From Leucoraja ocellata (lineage: Eukaryota): 64,000 nucleotides of DNA. Position numbers and translations under genes: made by a program. The stretch spans positions 124,001 through 188,000 of the forward strand of contig JAWMAR010001442.1 of the NCBI GenBank assembly GCA_036785375.1. The letters are read 5' to 3'. The notes beneath the pieces are model-generated. The model did no database searches. It saw nothing but the letters and a program-made list of their open reading frames with translations, and had not been told where the DNA came from. Positions 39,969-52,607 of this stretch are shown piece by piece (the stretch's first letter is position 1; each line of letters begins with the position of its first letter).

Positions 39969-40126
39969 AACATTTGATATGAATACAACGTTTGTTTGAT
40001 TTCCTTGTTTGAGCCCAGGGTCATTGTCCCAAATACCTAACGTTCTATGAATGTTTGCTGTATCAAGGCCCAGAGGACAGGAGTAAAGTGGAAAGGTTCA
40101 AAGACCAGGGGGATATGAAGGGTCCC

Positions 40127-42870
40127 ATAGAAACATAGAAAATAGGTGCAGGAGGAGGCCATTCGGCCCTTCGAGCCAGCACCTCCATTCATTGTGATCA
40201 TGGTTGATCACCCCCAATTAATAACCCGTGCCTGCCTTCCCCCCATATCCCTTGATTCCACCAGCCCCTAGAGCCCTATCTAACTCTCTCTTAAATCCAT
40301 CCAGTGATTTGGCCTCCTCTGTGGTAGGGACTTGCACAAATTCACAACTCACTGGGTGAAAGAGTTTATTCTCACCTCAGTTATGGCCTCCCCATTATGG
40401 CCTCCCCATTATTCTCAGACTGAGGCCCTTGGGTCTGGACTCGCCCAACATTGGGAACATTTTTTCCTGCATCTAGCTTGTCCAGTCCTTTTATAATTTT
40501 ATATGTGTCTATAAGATCTCCCCCTCATCCTTCTAAACACCAGCGTCCTTCCTCAAATTTGGAGACCAAAGCAGTATACAATACTCCAGATGTGGTCTCA
40601 CCAGAGCCCTATACAACTGCAGAAGAGCCTCTCTACTCCTATACTGAAATCCTCTTGTTATGAAGGCCAACATTCCATTAGCTTTCTTCACGGCCTGCTA
40701 TACCTGCCCGCCAATTTTCAGTGACTGGTGTACAAGGACACCCAGGTCTCGCTGTACCTCCCCCTTACCTAACCTAACCCCATTGAGTTAATAATCTGCC
40801 CCCTTGTTTTTGCCGCCAAAGTGGATAACCTCACATTTATCTATATTATACTGCATCTGCCACGCATCTGCCCACTCACTCAACCTGTCCAGGTTACCCT
40901 GCAACCTCCTAACATCCTCTTCACAGTTCACACTGCCACCCAGCTTTGTGTCATCCGCAAACTTGCTAGTGTTGCTCCTAATTCCCTCTTCCAAATCATT
41001 AATATATATGGTAAACAGTTGCGGCCCCAACACCGAGCCTTGCGGCACTCCACTCACCACTGCCTGCCATTCTGAAAAGGACCCGTTCTTTATTACTCTT
41101 TGCTTCCGGTCTGCCAACCAATTTTCTATCCATGTCAACACACTACCCCCAATACCATGTGCTCTAATTTTAGTCACCAGTCTCCCGTGCGGGACCTTAT
41201 CAAAGGCTTTCTGAAAGTCTAGGTACACTACCTCCACTGGCACTCCTTCATCCATTTTACTTGTCACATCCTCAAAAAAATCCAGAAGATTAGTCAAGCA
41301 TGATTTTCCTTTCATAAATCCATGCTGACTTGGACTAATCCTTTTACTGCTATCTAAATGCCCCATTATTAACTCTTTAATAATTGACTCCCGCATCTTT
41401 CCCACCACCGAAGTCAGGCTAACTGGTCTGTAATTCCCCGTTTTCTCTCTCGCTCCTTTCTTGAAAAGTGGGATAACATTAGCTATCCTCCAATCCACAG
41501 GAACTGATCCTGAATCTATTGAACATTGGAAAATGATCACCAATGCATCCACTATTTCTAGAACCACCTCCCTGGGATGCAGACCATCAGGCCCAGGGGA
41601 TTTATCATCCTTTAGTCCCATTAGCCTACCCAATACTATTTCTCACCTAATGAAAATTTATTTCATTTCCTCTACCCCCTTAGATCCTCTGTCCTCCAGT
41701 ACTTCTGGGAGATTGTGTGTGTCTTCCCAAGTGAAGACAGATCCGAAGTACTTGTTCAACTCTTCTGCCATTTCCTTGTTTCCCATAATAATTTCACCCA
41801 TGTCTGCCTTCAAGGGACCCACATTTGTCTTTGCTACTCTTTTTCCCTTAACATAAGGGTTTTGGCCCGAAACGTCGCCTATTTCCTTCGCTCCATAGAT
41901 GCTGCTGCACCCGCTGAGTTTCTCCAGCATTTTTGTGTACCTTCGATCTTCCAGCATCTGCAGTTCCATCTTGAACCCTTTCCAGTCTACCTTGGCCAGC
42001 TCCTCTCTGATGCTTTCATAGTCCCCTTTGTTCAACTACATCACTGACACTTCCGATTTAGCCTTCACCTTCTCAAATTGCAGATTAAAACTAATCATAT
42101 TATGATCACTACCTCCAAGCTGTTCCTTTACCTCTCATTCTCTTATCATATCTGATTCATTGGACAACACTAAATCCAGAATTGCCTTTTCTCTGGTCGG
42201 CTTGATTAGAAGCTGCTCTAAGAATCCATCTCAGAGGCATTCGGCAAACTCTCTTTCTTGGGGTCCTGAACCAAGCTGATTTTCCCAGTCTACCTGCATA
42301 TTGAAATCCCCCATCACCACAGTGGCATTACCTTTGTTACATGCCAGTTTTAACTCCTGCTGCAACTTACACCCTACATCCAGGCTACTATTTGGGGGTC
42401 TGTAGATAACACCAATTAGTGTCATCTTGCCTTTGTAATTCCTCAACTCAATCCACAGTGACTCTACCTCGTCAGTCCCTATGTCTTCCCTCACAAGGGA
42501 CTGAATTCCATCCCTCACCAGCAGAGCTACCGCCCTCCTCTGCCCACCTGCCTGACCTTTCTATAGGCTGTATAACCCTAAATATTAAGTTCCCAGGCCC
42601 GATCCTCCTGCAGTCACGTCTCAGTAATCCCCACCATGTCATATCTACCAACCTCTAACTGAGCTTCAAGCTCATCTACTTTACTTCTTATACTTCGCTC
42701 ATTCATGTACAATACTTTTAATTCCTTACACATCTCACCTTTCACATCGATCCCTATTACTCTCCTATCCCTTTGTGAGCTTTCTTTCCCTTTAATTCTG
42801 GGGTCATTAACTATCCCTTTACTCCCTTTCCCTTTAACTCTGGCCCTGACTATCCCATTTGACACCCCCC
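40127..42870 (-). mobile_element. Degenerate CR1 LINE in the TM1-TM2 intron, with a PLE-derived short insert at ~41856-41968
   Basis: ORFs 42614-42940 (GITET), 42231-42518 (YRPP, GDFN) and 40788-41633 (KSPGPDG, DFQKAFD, GVPQGSVLGP, FADD). Confidence 0.9.
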
Positions 42871-43010
42871 TCCCCTTATTGTCCCAGACTGCATCATCTG
42901 TTGGCCGTGGTGTGGTGAGGATTGAAGAGTCAGAGAACACAGTGTAGTGAGGAATGGACGGTCACAGTGTGGGGGGGTCACAAAGTATCTTTGTCGTTGG
43001 TCATCGTTAC

Positions 43011-43150
43011 CTTGACAACAGTGACGAAGGTACTGTAGAGGAAACTGATAATGAACAGGATGGCGAAGGCAGCAACTGTGAGCATATTGTCATCTCCATC
43101 CAAGTCCCCTGGCTCCACCTTCCCTTCCTCACCTGTCAATTCTGTGCCGG
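43011..43150 (-). CDS. IgW: IgW TM1 exon (acidic spacer + transmembrane helix); alternative in-frame acceptor starts the exon at 43141
   Basis: (A)GTELTGEEGKVEPGDLDGDDNMLTVAAFAILFIISFLYSTFVTVVK contains the antigen-receptor CART motif (F..LF..S..YS...T). Phase-1 acceptor; donor AAG|gtaac. Confidence 0.92.
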
Positions 43151-44973
43151 CTTCAGGACAAATGAAAAGGTGAGACAGTTAGTTTGCCGCCGATGTTTTG
43201 TGAAGATCAACAACGTGTGAATAAAATGAAGACAACAGGAGGACAGGAAGACAGGAGGCTTGGGTTAGTTCCACCGTTCAATGATATGTGGAGATCTATC
43301 ACCAGCTCCACTGAGCTGACTTTCCCCCACATCCATTAACATCTCGTATAGTCAAACTCTGCAATCTCAGAAATAAAATCACCTTCACACCTGGAACCAA
43401 ATGCTAACTGTGGAAGGCAATTCCAAACTTCCATGAACCTCTGATAGACACAAAAAACTGGAGTAACTCAGTTGCACAGGCAATATCTCTGGAGGGAAGG
43501 AATGGGTGAGGTTTCACGTCGAGACCCTTCTTCAGACGCCATGACCCACTGCATGTAGCATGGCTACCTCTAACTTTTAGACCCTGTACTTTGTATAGAG
43601 TTGGATTTCCATAAATCAGGGAGATCATTTGTAACCCAGGGAGCACTGTATACAACTAAAAAATAATTCCTCCTCATCTAGTTAGTTCAGATTCAGATTC
43701 AGATTCAGATTCAGAAAACTTTATTGTCTGTCGTAACAGAAAATCCTCTTTGACGTGGCTCAACATACAGACAGGACAATGTACTGATAAGCAGTCATAC
43801 AGCACAGATTTCTGCGAGCACACACAGTGTGTATCGATCTTAAAAGAAAAATTAAAGATTAAAAACTGTAAAAATAGACAAGATAAAAGTTGTGGATACG
43901 TGTAAGGTGGATACGTGTAAAGTTTAGTTTATTGTCACGTGTACCAAGGTACAGTGAAAAGCTTTTGTTGCATGCTAACCAGTCAGCGGAAAGGCAAAAC
44001 ATGATTACAAATGAGTCATTCACAGTGTATACATACATGATAAGGGATTAATGTTTAGTGCAAGGTAAAACCAGTAAAGTCCAATCAAAGATAGTCCGAG
44101 GGTCTCCAGTGAGGGAGATAGTAGTTCAGGACCACTGTCTGGATGTGGTGGGATGATTCAGTTGCCTGATAACAGCTGGGAAGAAACTGTCCCTGATGTG
44201 GAGGTGTGTAAATAGATCTTCACAGGATAATCTATTCTGTTAGCTCCCAGTAACTTTGTGAAAACATTAAACAAAACTTCCTTTAGCCTTCTAAATGACA
44301 ACTTGTTCAGCATCGTGAAAGTAAGCATGCAGGTAGGTACAGCGGGCAGTGAAGAAAGTGAATGGCATGTTGGCATTCATAACAAGAGGAGTTGAGTATA
44401 GGAGCAAACGTCCAGAAGCGAAAAATACTACAAAAAGTTCATTGTCCAGTTCATTGCTGGCTTTGACCTCCCCACCGTCGAAGAGATCTATCATAGTCGC
44501 TGCCTCAAAAAGGCAGCCAAAATCATCAACGACCCACACCATCCTGGCCACACACTCATCTCACCATTGCCATCAGGAAGAAGTTACAGGAGCCTGGAAA
44601 CTGTAACGTTCAGGTACTGGAACAGCTTCTTCCCTACAGCCATCAAGCTATTAAACACAATGAATAAGCTCTGAGCTCCGAACTGCAAAAGACTATATTA
44701 TTGTTTGTTATTTGCACTATTTGTTATTTATTAAACTTTTTCTTTTTTTCTCGTTCCCCGTTATGCACTATGTTTACATATTCACATATTCTGTTGTGCT
44801 GCAGCAAGTAAGAATTTCCTTGTCCCGTCTGGGACATATGACAATAAAACACTCTTGACTCTTCTTGACTCACTCACACACTGCAACACTTGTCCTTCAG
44901 TGCTAAACTTGCCTGGGCCTATTTTGTGACGGGGTAAAAGATGTGATGATTAGAGTGAATCCCAGCACCGTAC

Positions 44974-45291
44974 CTTGAAAGCTTTTCACTTCCCAGCTGA
45001 TACTGGTGTTCGAGGGGGGATGAGACACTGTACAGCCGAAGACTGAGCCTTTCTTCCAATCCTCTGAACTCACATTCAGGAAGTGGCTGGCACTGAAAGT
45101 CCCCCCCTGCTCCAGAGCAGTCGGTGTAGCGCTGGTAGTGGAGGAGATTGGGGCTCCGTCTTTCTCCCAAGTGACGTTTATGAGGTCCGGGTAGAAACCA
45201 GAGAGCACACACTCGAGGGTGGCTGTGTGGCTGCGTTTGATCTCTTGGTGAGCTGGAGGCAGCAGTCTGACCTTGGGTCTTTTTGTATCAA
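44974..45291 (-). CDS. IgW: IgW CH4' exon (duplicate of CH4, 318 bp)
   Basis: ttccag|TT GAT...CAA G|gtacgg. Sequence VDTKRPKVRLLPP...TLECVLSGFYPDLINVTW...WKKGSVFGCTVSH has intact C1-set Cys/Trp/Cys. Confidence 0.93.
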
Positions 45292-45333
45292 CTGGAACAG
45301 AGGAGCAAAGTAGATGTGAAACCCTCTTCCTCA

Positions 45334-45682
45334 AGGGCCTGTCCCACTTACACAACTTTTTTGGTGACTGCCGGCACCCGCCATAGGTCGTTACAGGTCG
45401 CCGAAAAATATAAACATGTTGAAAATCCAGCGGTGACCAGCACAAGGTATGACTCTTTGACTCAAGGTACGACTACTCACGACCATACTGGCTTCACCCC
45501 GCTACATGTCACCAGGTTGTCGCCTCCATGGGCGTGAGTAGCCTCCTCAGTCGCCCAAGGAGTCGTAACGTCTTTCAAGTTGCCACTGAATTTTCAAAAT
45601 GTTGAAACTTTTTGGCGACCTACAATGACCTACGACTGGTGCCGGCTGTCACCGAAATAGTTGCGTAAGTGGGTAAGGCCCT
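45334..45682. mobile_element. PIF/Harbinger-like MITE
   Basis: TIRs agggcctgtcccactta / taagtgggtaaggccct, flanked by 3-bp TCA on both sides. Confidence 0.75.
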
Positions 45683-45728
45683 TCATGGTAACTAATGTTG
45701 GCCGTATCATTGTCGATCTCTCGCCCAC

Positions 45729-46031
45729 CTTTGGCACTTTCTGTCCGTGCTGACACTGGTGAGGATGATGGAGATCGTTGGGTAGAGCACACAACCTCCA
45801 CCCCGCTGGTCCACTCCTCCACACTGCTCCGGAGTTTACTGCTCACTCTGTCTTGGGTCCTTTCCTCTCTCGGTTGGTGGGTCACAGCCCCTGTAGTTCT
45901 CTCCCTTCCGCTCACTTGCCAGTAGACTTGGACCTGGCTCAGATCAGCGCCCATTACCAGGCACACCACAGTAGCGGTCTTGTTGATCCAAATCTCTTCA
46001 GTAGAGGGGTTTTGGATAAAGACAGACAATT
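45729..46031 (-). CDS. IgW: IgW CH3' exon (duplicate of CH3, 303 bp)
   Basis: ctgcag|AA TTG...AAA G|gtgggc. Sequence ELSVFIQNPSTEEIWINKTATVVC...W...EEWTSGVEVVC is open throughout. Confidence 0.93.
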
Positions 46032-46303
46032 CTGCAGATGAGAAATAGGAAGCTTACAAACTGGACAAGGTCTGGTGTTGTCGTCACCGATCAACTGGAC
46101 TCTGACGACTTGCATTAATTTTCCAGACTCACGTTATTGACGTGTGCATAAGGAGAGCAGCACAGTCCCACTTACCTGCTGCTCTGTAATTCCATTCAGC
46201 ATTTATACAGAGTTTGACCCTTGAAATTATGCGCACACTCTAATTTCTTATAATTGAACACAATACATTTTCCACAACACTTATACAAATACATTAACAC
46301 TAA

Positions 46304-49043
46304 TGGCCCTGTCTCACGGTGTGAGTCCACCTACGAGTGATCCCGAGTGAAAGAAAAAATCAAACTCGTGGTTGTCTACGAGATTCCAAGTTTATGTTCG
46401 CGAGTTTAAACGCGTTCCCACGTGTATGTCTAAGTTTGCCATTTACTTCTCATTTCTGCGATGTACCAAGTTACTTTCCCGAGTTACCAAGCTCCTCTCC
46501 AGAGTTACTCTTGAGCCAACAACGACTACCGACATGTGGAAAAATCATCACATGGTAAAAATGATGTCATGCAGTTTTTTTCACTCTAAAAAGACCCAGC
46601 CTGAAGAACGATCTCGACCCGAAACATCACCTATTTCTTTTCTCCACAGATGCTGCCTGACCAGTTGAGTTAGTCCATCATTTTGTGTCTATCTTTGGTT
46701 TAAACTGGTATCTGCAATTCCTTCCTTCAAACTTTTAGAGCAGTTTCAAAATTGCATTCAAAAGTCCACTTGAACAGCATTTGTCATTGAAAGGCAGAGG
46801 CTATTTTGTGTCGGGAGGAACTGCAGATGCTGGTTTACACCGAATATAGATACAAAAAGCTGGAGTAACTCAGCGGGACATGCAGCATTTCTGGAGAGAA
46901 GGAATGGGTGACGTTTCTGGTCGAGTCCCTTCTTCAGACTGAAAAAACCTTTCGATCCTTCTCTCCACAGATGCTGCCGGCTTGGCTGAGTTACTGCAGC
47001 TTTTTGTGTCTAGTAAGATTATTTTATTCGCTTAATTTATCTCTCATCAAAACGTTGGTAAACTTCTAACAAAAAGATTAGGTAAATTGAACTTTAACGT
47101 TATTTTTTCTCCCAACAGCAAGGTCCGTAGACCAGACGGATAGCAGTGTGTGTCTCTCTACTCACCCAGTATGTCCGTCAGAACAGGGATCCCACCATTG
47201 CGACTTAAACTGTATAAAAAGCAGCGGCTCACAACATTGCTGATTGGGCAGATCTGCTCAGAAACCACCCCTTTCACACTCACCCCAGCCCTGGAAAACA
47301 ACAATTTCAGAGCTCTACAGTCACTCAAGCCCGCCAGCGAACCGCTGAATGAAAGACAAAGCTCAGATGTGCTCTTCAGCAGTGGCATCCCAGAGTTTCC
47401 CAGCACCTGGCCCAAGTTTCAATTTAAACTCAGGTAAACTGATTTTTTATTTAAAACCCAAATACAATTGGACCTTAATTGTAAGTATGAGAATGTTTTC
47501 CTATATTGTACGGTAGACTATCATCCAGTGTAGACACCATCATTTATTGGAAAAATATGAATATACAAAAACAGGGGTTAGTTAAAAATTGGAGTCATAT
47601 CCCATCTACAGCTCACGTTCTCTTGCTGTGTTTCTAAGAAAGGTCATTAAGGACTTATGTTATGCATTTTTCTTGGACTGAAACCAACCCATTTACAACA
47701 TAAAGCTGTGGGTAACTTTTTAGTAGAATACTTGTGATGTAAAGAACCAGAAATTAAGTTATTTTACATAACACACAAAAATAACTCTGGTCTTAATTAC
47801 CAATGCAGCTTGTGAACTTATTTGCGGGTGCGGCAGCATCTATGGAGTGAAGGAAATAGGCAACGTTTCAGGCCAAATCCCTTCTTCAGACTGAAGAAGT
47901 GTTTCAGCCCGAAACGTTGCCTATTTCCTTCGCTCCATAGATGCTGCTGTACCCACTGAGTTTCTCCAGCACTTTTGTCTACCTTCGATTTTGCAGCATC
48001 TGCAGTTCCTACTTGAACTTGTGAACTTATTTTGTGAACTTCCCCACTGAATGCTTCCTATCTTTTGCAAGCATATTGCACGGGTTAGTACAAATACAGT
48101 TAAAACTCTGAATAACAACATGCCATGAAGGAGCTTCCAAAGATTCATTTATCAAGAAGCTAGAGTAACTAAGCACGACAGACGGCATCTCTGGAGAGAA
48201 GGAATAGGTGATGTTTCGGGTCGAGACCCTTCTTCGATTCTAAACCTGCATCTGCAGTTCCTCCCCATTTATAATTTTGACATTTATAAAATTCCCATTT
48301 ATAAAATTATAAAATAAAATCCCATTTACAACATTGTTTTGAGCAATTATTCTCTAACGCGGACAGACTGGGTGGAAAGTGATGCCTGACAAAAATCCCC
48401 TGTATAACGCATCAGTCTTCAATAACTGATGTTAATGTGTCGGATATAAATCCTGAGATCGGACACCTGTCCCATATATCTGCTTCTCCATAAAAAGTGC
48501 ATTAACCCAACAGGGTTTCATGGCACCGTTTCAATGTGAAAAGGTAAAGTTCTGAAGGGAACTAATTCACTCTCACAATGCAGCTTTCCCAACACTGTAT
48601 GGTTCATTCCTTTTACCACTGTTTCTCAGATCACCGGTGAGTGCTTTTTGCTCTTTAACAGTGAATTATTAGATCACTGTAAAATGTTCCATTAAGATCT
48701 GACTAATCTTCAACATTTCACTTTTGGCACTCAGGCCAAACCCACGAGTTACTCACGAGTCACTACAGTAAACTCACGGGCTACTACGGTATTACAAGGA
48801 GTTTAAAAGTTTCACATTTTTCCTTCAAGAGTAAATTTGACTCATGGAAATCTTTCAAAATGTTGAACATTTTTCACGAGTTAACAAGTTTCCCGAGTAC
48901 CTGCCGTTAGCGTTACGAGTCGCTAAGTTACGTCCACGAGTTCCAACGTTCCCGCTACATTAATTCTACGTGATTACCACGAGTTTGATTTGTTTTTAAC
49001 TCGGGATCACTCGTGGGTGGACTCGCACAGTGAGACAGGGGTT
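46304..49043. mobile_element. Non-autonomous TIR element (Harbinger-like), ~2.7 kb
   Basis: ~70-bp inverted termini (ccctgtctcac..gagtccacc.acgagtgatcccgagt...aaatcaaactcgtggt), TAA on both flanks. Confidence 0.65.
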
Positions 49044-49104
49044 TAACACAAATAAAAATACATGCTGTTCAATTCTTTATTGGTATTTAATTTTAGTGCA
49101 TCAT

Positions 49105-49612
49105 AGAAAGCATTTTATCAGGATGCATCACAGCATGGTTTGGAAATAGCTCCATCCAAGAAATGGCAGCGAATTGTGGTTGCAGCCCAGATCATCACAC
49201 AAACCAACCTCCCTTCCACTGACTCCATTTACATCTCATGCTGCCTCGGCAAGGCCAGCAGCATAATCAAGGACCAGTTGCACCCTGGCCACTCTCTCTT
49301 CTCCCCTCTCCCATCAGGAAAATAGGTACAGAAGTGTGAAAACGCACACCTCCAGATTCAGGGACAGTTTCTTCCCAGCTGTTATCAAACAACTAGATTG
49401 CAATCCTGAGCTATCATCTACCGCACTGGAGACCATCGCACTATGTTTAATCGGACATTACGTTGCACAAAACATTCTTCCCTTTATCATGTATCTGTAT
49501 ACTGTGGATGGCTTGATTGTAATTATATAGTCTTTCTGGTGACTGGTTAGCACGCAACAAAAAGCATTTTCACTGTACCTCGGTCTACGTGACAATAAAC
49601 TAAACCAAACCA
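49105..49612 (+). mobile_element. Rex1/Babar-like LINE 3' fragment (related pieces at ~43922-44210, 44410-44870, 54837-54914)
   Basis: C-terminal motif LPSG..YRS.KTHTSRFRDSFFPAVIKQL. Confidence 0.6.
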
Positions 49613-50537
49613 AATATCCCTCGGCCCACACATTGGGCATTGCATCCCCCACCATAGACCTTCCACCATCGACACTTCACGCTGCCTCAGGAAAGCAGCC
49701 AACATCATCAAGGAATCCTCACATCCCAGTCATTGTCTCTACTCCCCTCTCCAGAAGATACAAGAAGCTTGAAAGCACATAGCAGCAAATTCAAGGACAG
49801 ATCTACTTTAAGCACCGACAGGCAGATGTTTAATTGTAACATTGCAATAGAAGAGTTACCAATGATGAGTTGTCTCTTTTATTCAACATCATCCGTGCAC
49901 ACCCACTGAGGACAGAGACTCCTCAAACAACCATCCCCCTTGTTGGACACAGATGTCATGTGTGGCTCAGTGGTGAGCAATGTCACCTCATGAAAGCTGC
50001 TGTCTTTGGGATGAGGCTTTAAGGAGGTGCTTCTCAGGTATATGTCAGCAATGCCACAACTTGACCACAAGAGTTCTGCTCAGAGTCCTGAGCTAATATT
50101 TATCCTGAAACCAAACAGCTAAACACAGGTGGGCTGTGGGAGAGCTGGGAAGGGGAGGGGAAAGAGGGAGAAAGCAAGCACTACCCGACGCAGGAGATCT
50201 GCCCAGATTTGGTTTGCCGTGTGTGAGCTGGCATCAGGTACATTGTCACAGCTGGGCAAGGAAAAACCACGGACCAATCAGTTCACCTTGTGTCACCCTG
50301 ACGGTCACACGGCACAGTGATAATGGAGTTAACGACCACAATCAATCTCTGTCTTCAACTGGTCCAGGCGTGGGTGTGAGAACACCCAATGGTGGAAGGT
50401 TTTGGACACATTGATCCAACAACACCTATTTCTCCCAGAATGTGCTTCTCCTAGAATGTGCACACCTCACATCCCAAGCTACCCATGTACTGCCACCCAA
50501 AACACAGACACGCACACAAAACCTTTTTCACATCACA

Positions 50538-50543
50538 TTTATT
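50538..50543 (-). promoter_or_regulatory. Polyadenylation signal for the long secreted IgW mRNA
   Basis: AATAAA ~290 nt after the CH6-tail stop, followed by GT-rich sequence on -. Confidence 0.7.
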
Positions 50544-50835
50544 GATCTTGTATTGATACATTGACACATACATAGATTTAATATCTCGTGTGATCCCATA
50601 CAGGGTTAAAATCAGTTCAAGCACGGCAGAAATAGTTCTGTAAATGTATCCAGAAGCTCAGACATTTGTGGTGAATCATGGCTGTGGCTTCATTTGTATC
50701 TCGTGTGGCATTATGTTTTTAATGATTTACAAAGGTTCACATTTTGATGATGTATTAGGGAACTAACCCATCATCCTCTGGGTCAGTTAATACATCCAGA
50801 AATGAACAAAACAAGTGTTTGAGAAATGAATCATG

Positions 50836-51221
50836 TTACACACAAGATTTAAAGCTGTCAGTCAGAACAAGTGAGACATTGACCAGGGTGGGTTTGCTGT
50901 GAGATTTATTGATGCTTCTGAATAGACTGGTTGTGATGGATCCATGTCCCACAACACAGGAGAAGGTGGTGCCACTGTTCCAGTCCTCTGGAGAAACCTT
51001 CAACTGACTGGTCATGGTGTTCCACCCATTCCTGGTGTCCTTGGTCACGGGCTGGTTCACGATCCCTGTCTTCAGAAGGGTGTCGTTGGCCATCCAGGCC
51101 ACATAGATGTCTGCAGGAGAGAATTTGGTGACCAGGCACGTCAAGGTGGCTGTCTTATCCATCTCCACCTCATCCAATGAAGGGGGGAGGAGGTAGACTT
51201 GAGGACGTCTCTCAACTCCAT
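50836..51221 (-). CDS. IgW: IgW terminal C exon (CH6) with secretory tailpiece
   Basis: ttcccag|AT GGA; DGVERRPQVYLLPPS...ATLTCLVTKFSPADIYVAW...WNSGTTFSCVVGH...SHSKPTLVNVSLVLTDSFKSCV*. The tailpiece has an N-x-S site and a penultimate Cys. Confidence 0.95.
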
Positions 51222-51416
51222 CTGGGAACAGAGAGAACCTGAGTTAGACTGAATCTGTCGATAATTCTGTACTTACACAATACATTCCAATTTTATACTG
51301 ACATGGACCCCGTTTACATCCTGAGGGACCTCAGTTCATCTGAAACGAAAGGCTTTTCCTTTCTGCTCATTGTAGGGATGTATGGAATAGAAATCATGCC
51401 TCTGGTGCATTTTACA

Positions 51417-52165
51417 GGGCGGCATGGTGGCGCAGCGGTAGAATTGCTGCCTACAATGCAAGAGACATGGGGTTTGATCCCAACTATGGCTGGTGCCTGC
51501 ATGGAGTTTGTACGTGACCTCGTGGGTTTTCTCCGGGTGCTCAGGTTTCCACCCACACTACAAAAATGTACATGTTCTCTGTATGGCGGGACTGTCATAT
51601 GCTGAGAAAATGGAGCGGCTGGACTTGTATACTCTGGAATTTAGATGGATGAGAAGGAATCAAAACATAAGATTATTAAGGGTGTGGACACGTTAGAGGC
51701 AGGAAACATGTTCCCGACGTTCAGGGAGTCAAGAACCAGGGGCCACAGTTTAAGAATAAGGGTTAAACCATTTTGAACAGAGATGAGGAAACACTTTTTC
51801 ACAGAGAGTTGTGAATCTGTGGAATTCTCTGCCTCAGAGGGCGGCGGAGGACGATTTTCTGGATACTTTCAAGAGAGAGCTAGATAGGGCTCTTAAAGAT
51901 AGTGGAGTCAGGGGATATGGGGAGAAGGCGGGATCGGGGTACTGATTGGGGATGATCAGCCACGATCACATTGAATGGAGGTGCTGGCTCGAAGGGCCAA
52001 ATGGCCTACTCCTGCACCTATTGTCTATTGTCTATAGGCTAATTGACTTGGTTTAATTGTAAATTGTCCTTGGTATGTGCTGTGTAATGTTAGTGTGCGG
52101 GGATCGCTGGTTGGCGTGGACTTGATGGGCCGAAGGTCGCTGTATCTCTAAACTAAACTGAACTA
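51417..52165 (+). mobile_element. tRNA-SINE split by a CR1 3' fragment (~51580-52036)
   Basis: SINE head gggcggcatggtggcgcagcggtag; CR1 tail (ctattgt)n; the SINE resumes at 'aggctaattgacttgg'. Confidence 0.75.
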
Positions 52166-52607
52166 TAGCTTCCAGTGAGTTTAAATTGGTTAGTTAATCA
52201 ACAGGAACCACTGAATCTGAGACTCTACAGAAAATGGAACCCAGTCCTTGGACCAGTCTGTTTCTGCGCTGTCTGTTCCATCTCCCCTTCTGCTTAAATG
52301 ATTGGCTGGTGTTTGCCTCAAGGTCCCTGCCCTTCCAGTCCTGACTCAGTCTGTATCTCGGCTTGTGAAAGTTGCAATTCCCTCTCCCTCGATTCTATCT
52401 AAGCAACTCACGCTGTGGGAATAAGTGTGCTAATGGGCGAGGCTGTCGTGGTGACTTGGGATATTAATGATGTGGTTATTCAGCTGAGTTTAATCTTATT
52501 TTCACACTCTCTGACCATCTGTAAGTCCACCCAATATCCATTAGATATCCACTGGAGATCAGAAAAATCCAAAGGAATCTGAGAAAAACTATGAAATTCT
52601 TAATCGG

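Noticed and set aside
43823-43850. CACAGTG heptamers here and at ~42963 and ~50313 as possible RSSs
   Set aside because: The nonamers match poorly at 12- or 23-bp spacing, and no V/D/J segments are visible in this window.
44903-44973. Read-through of CH4' (and CH4, TM1) into the intron giving short tails
   Set aside because: Strong GT donors are present, the CH4 and CH4' read-through peptides agree only near the donor, and they have no Cys tailpiece features.
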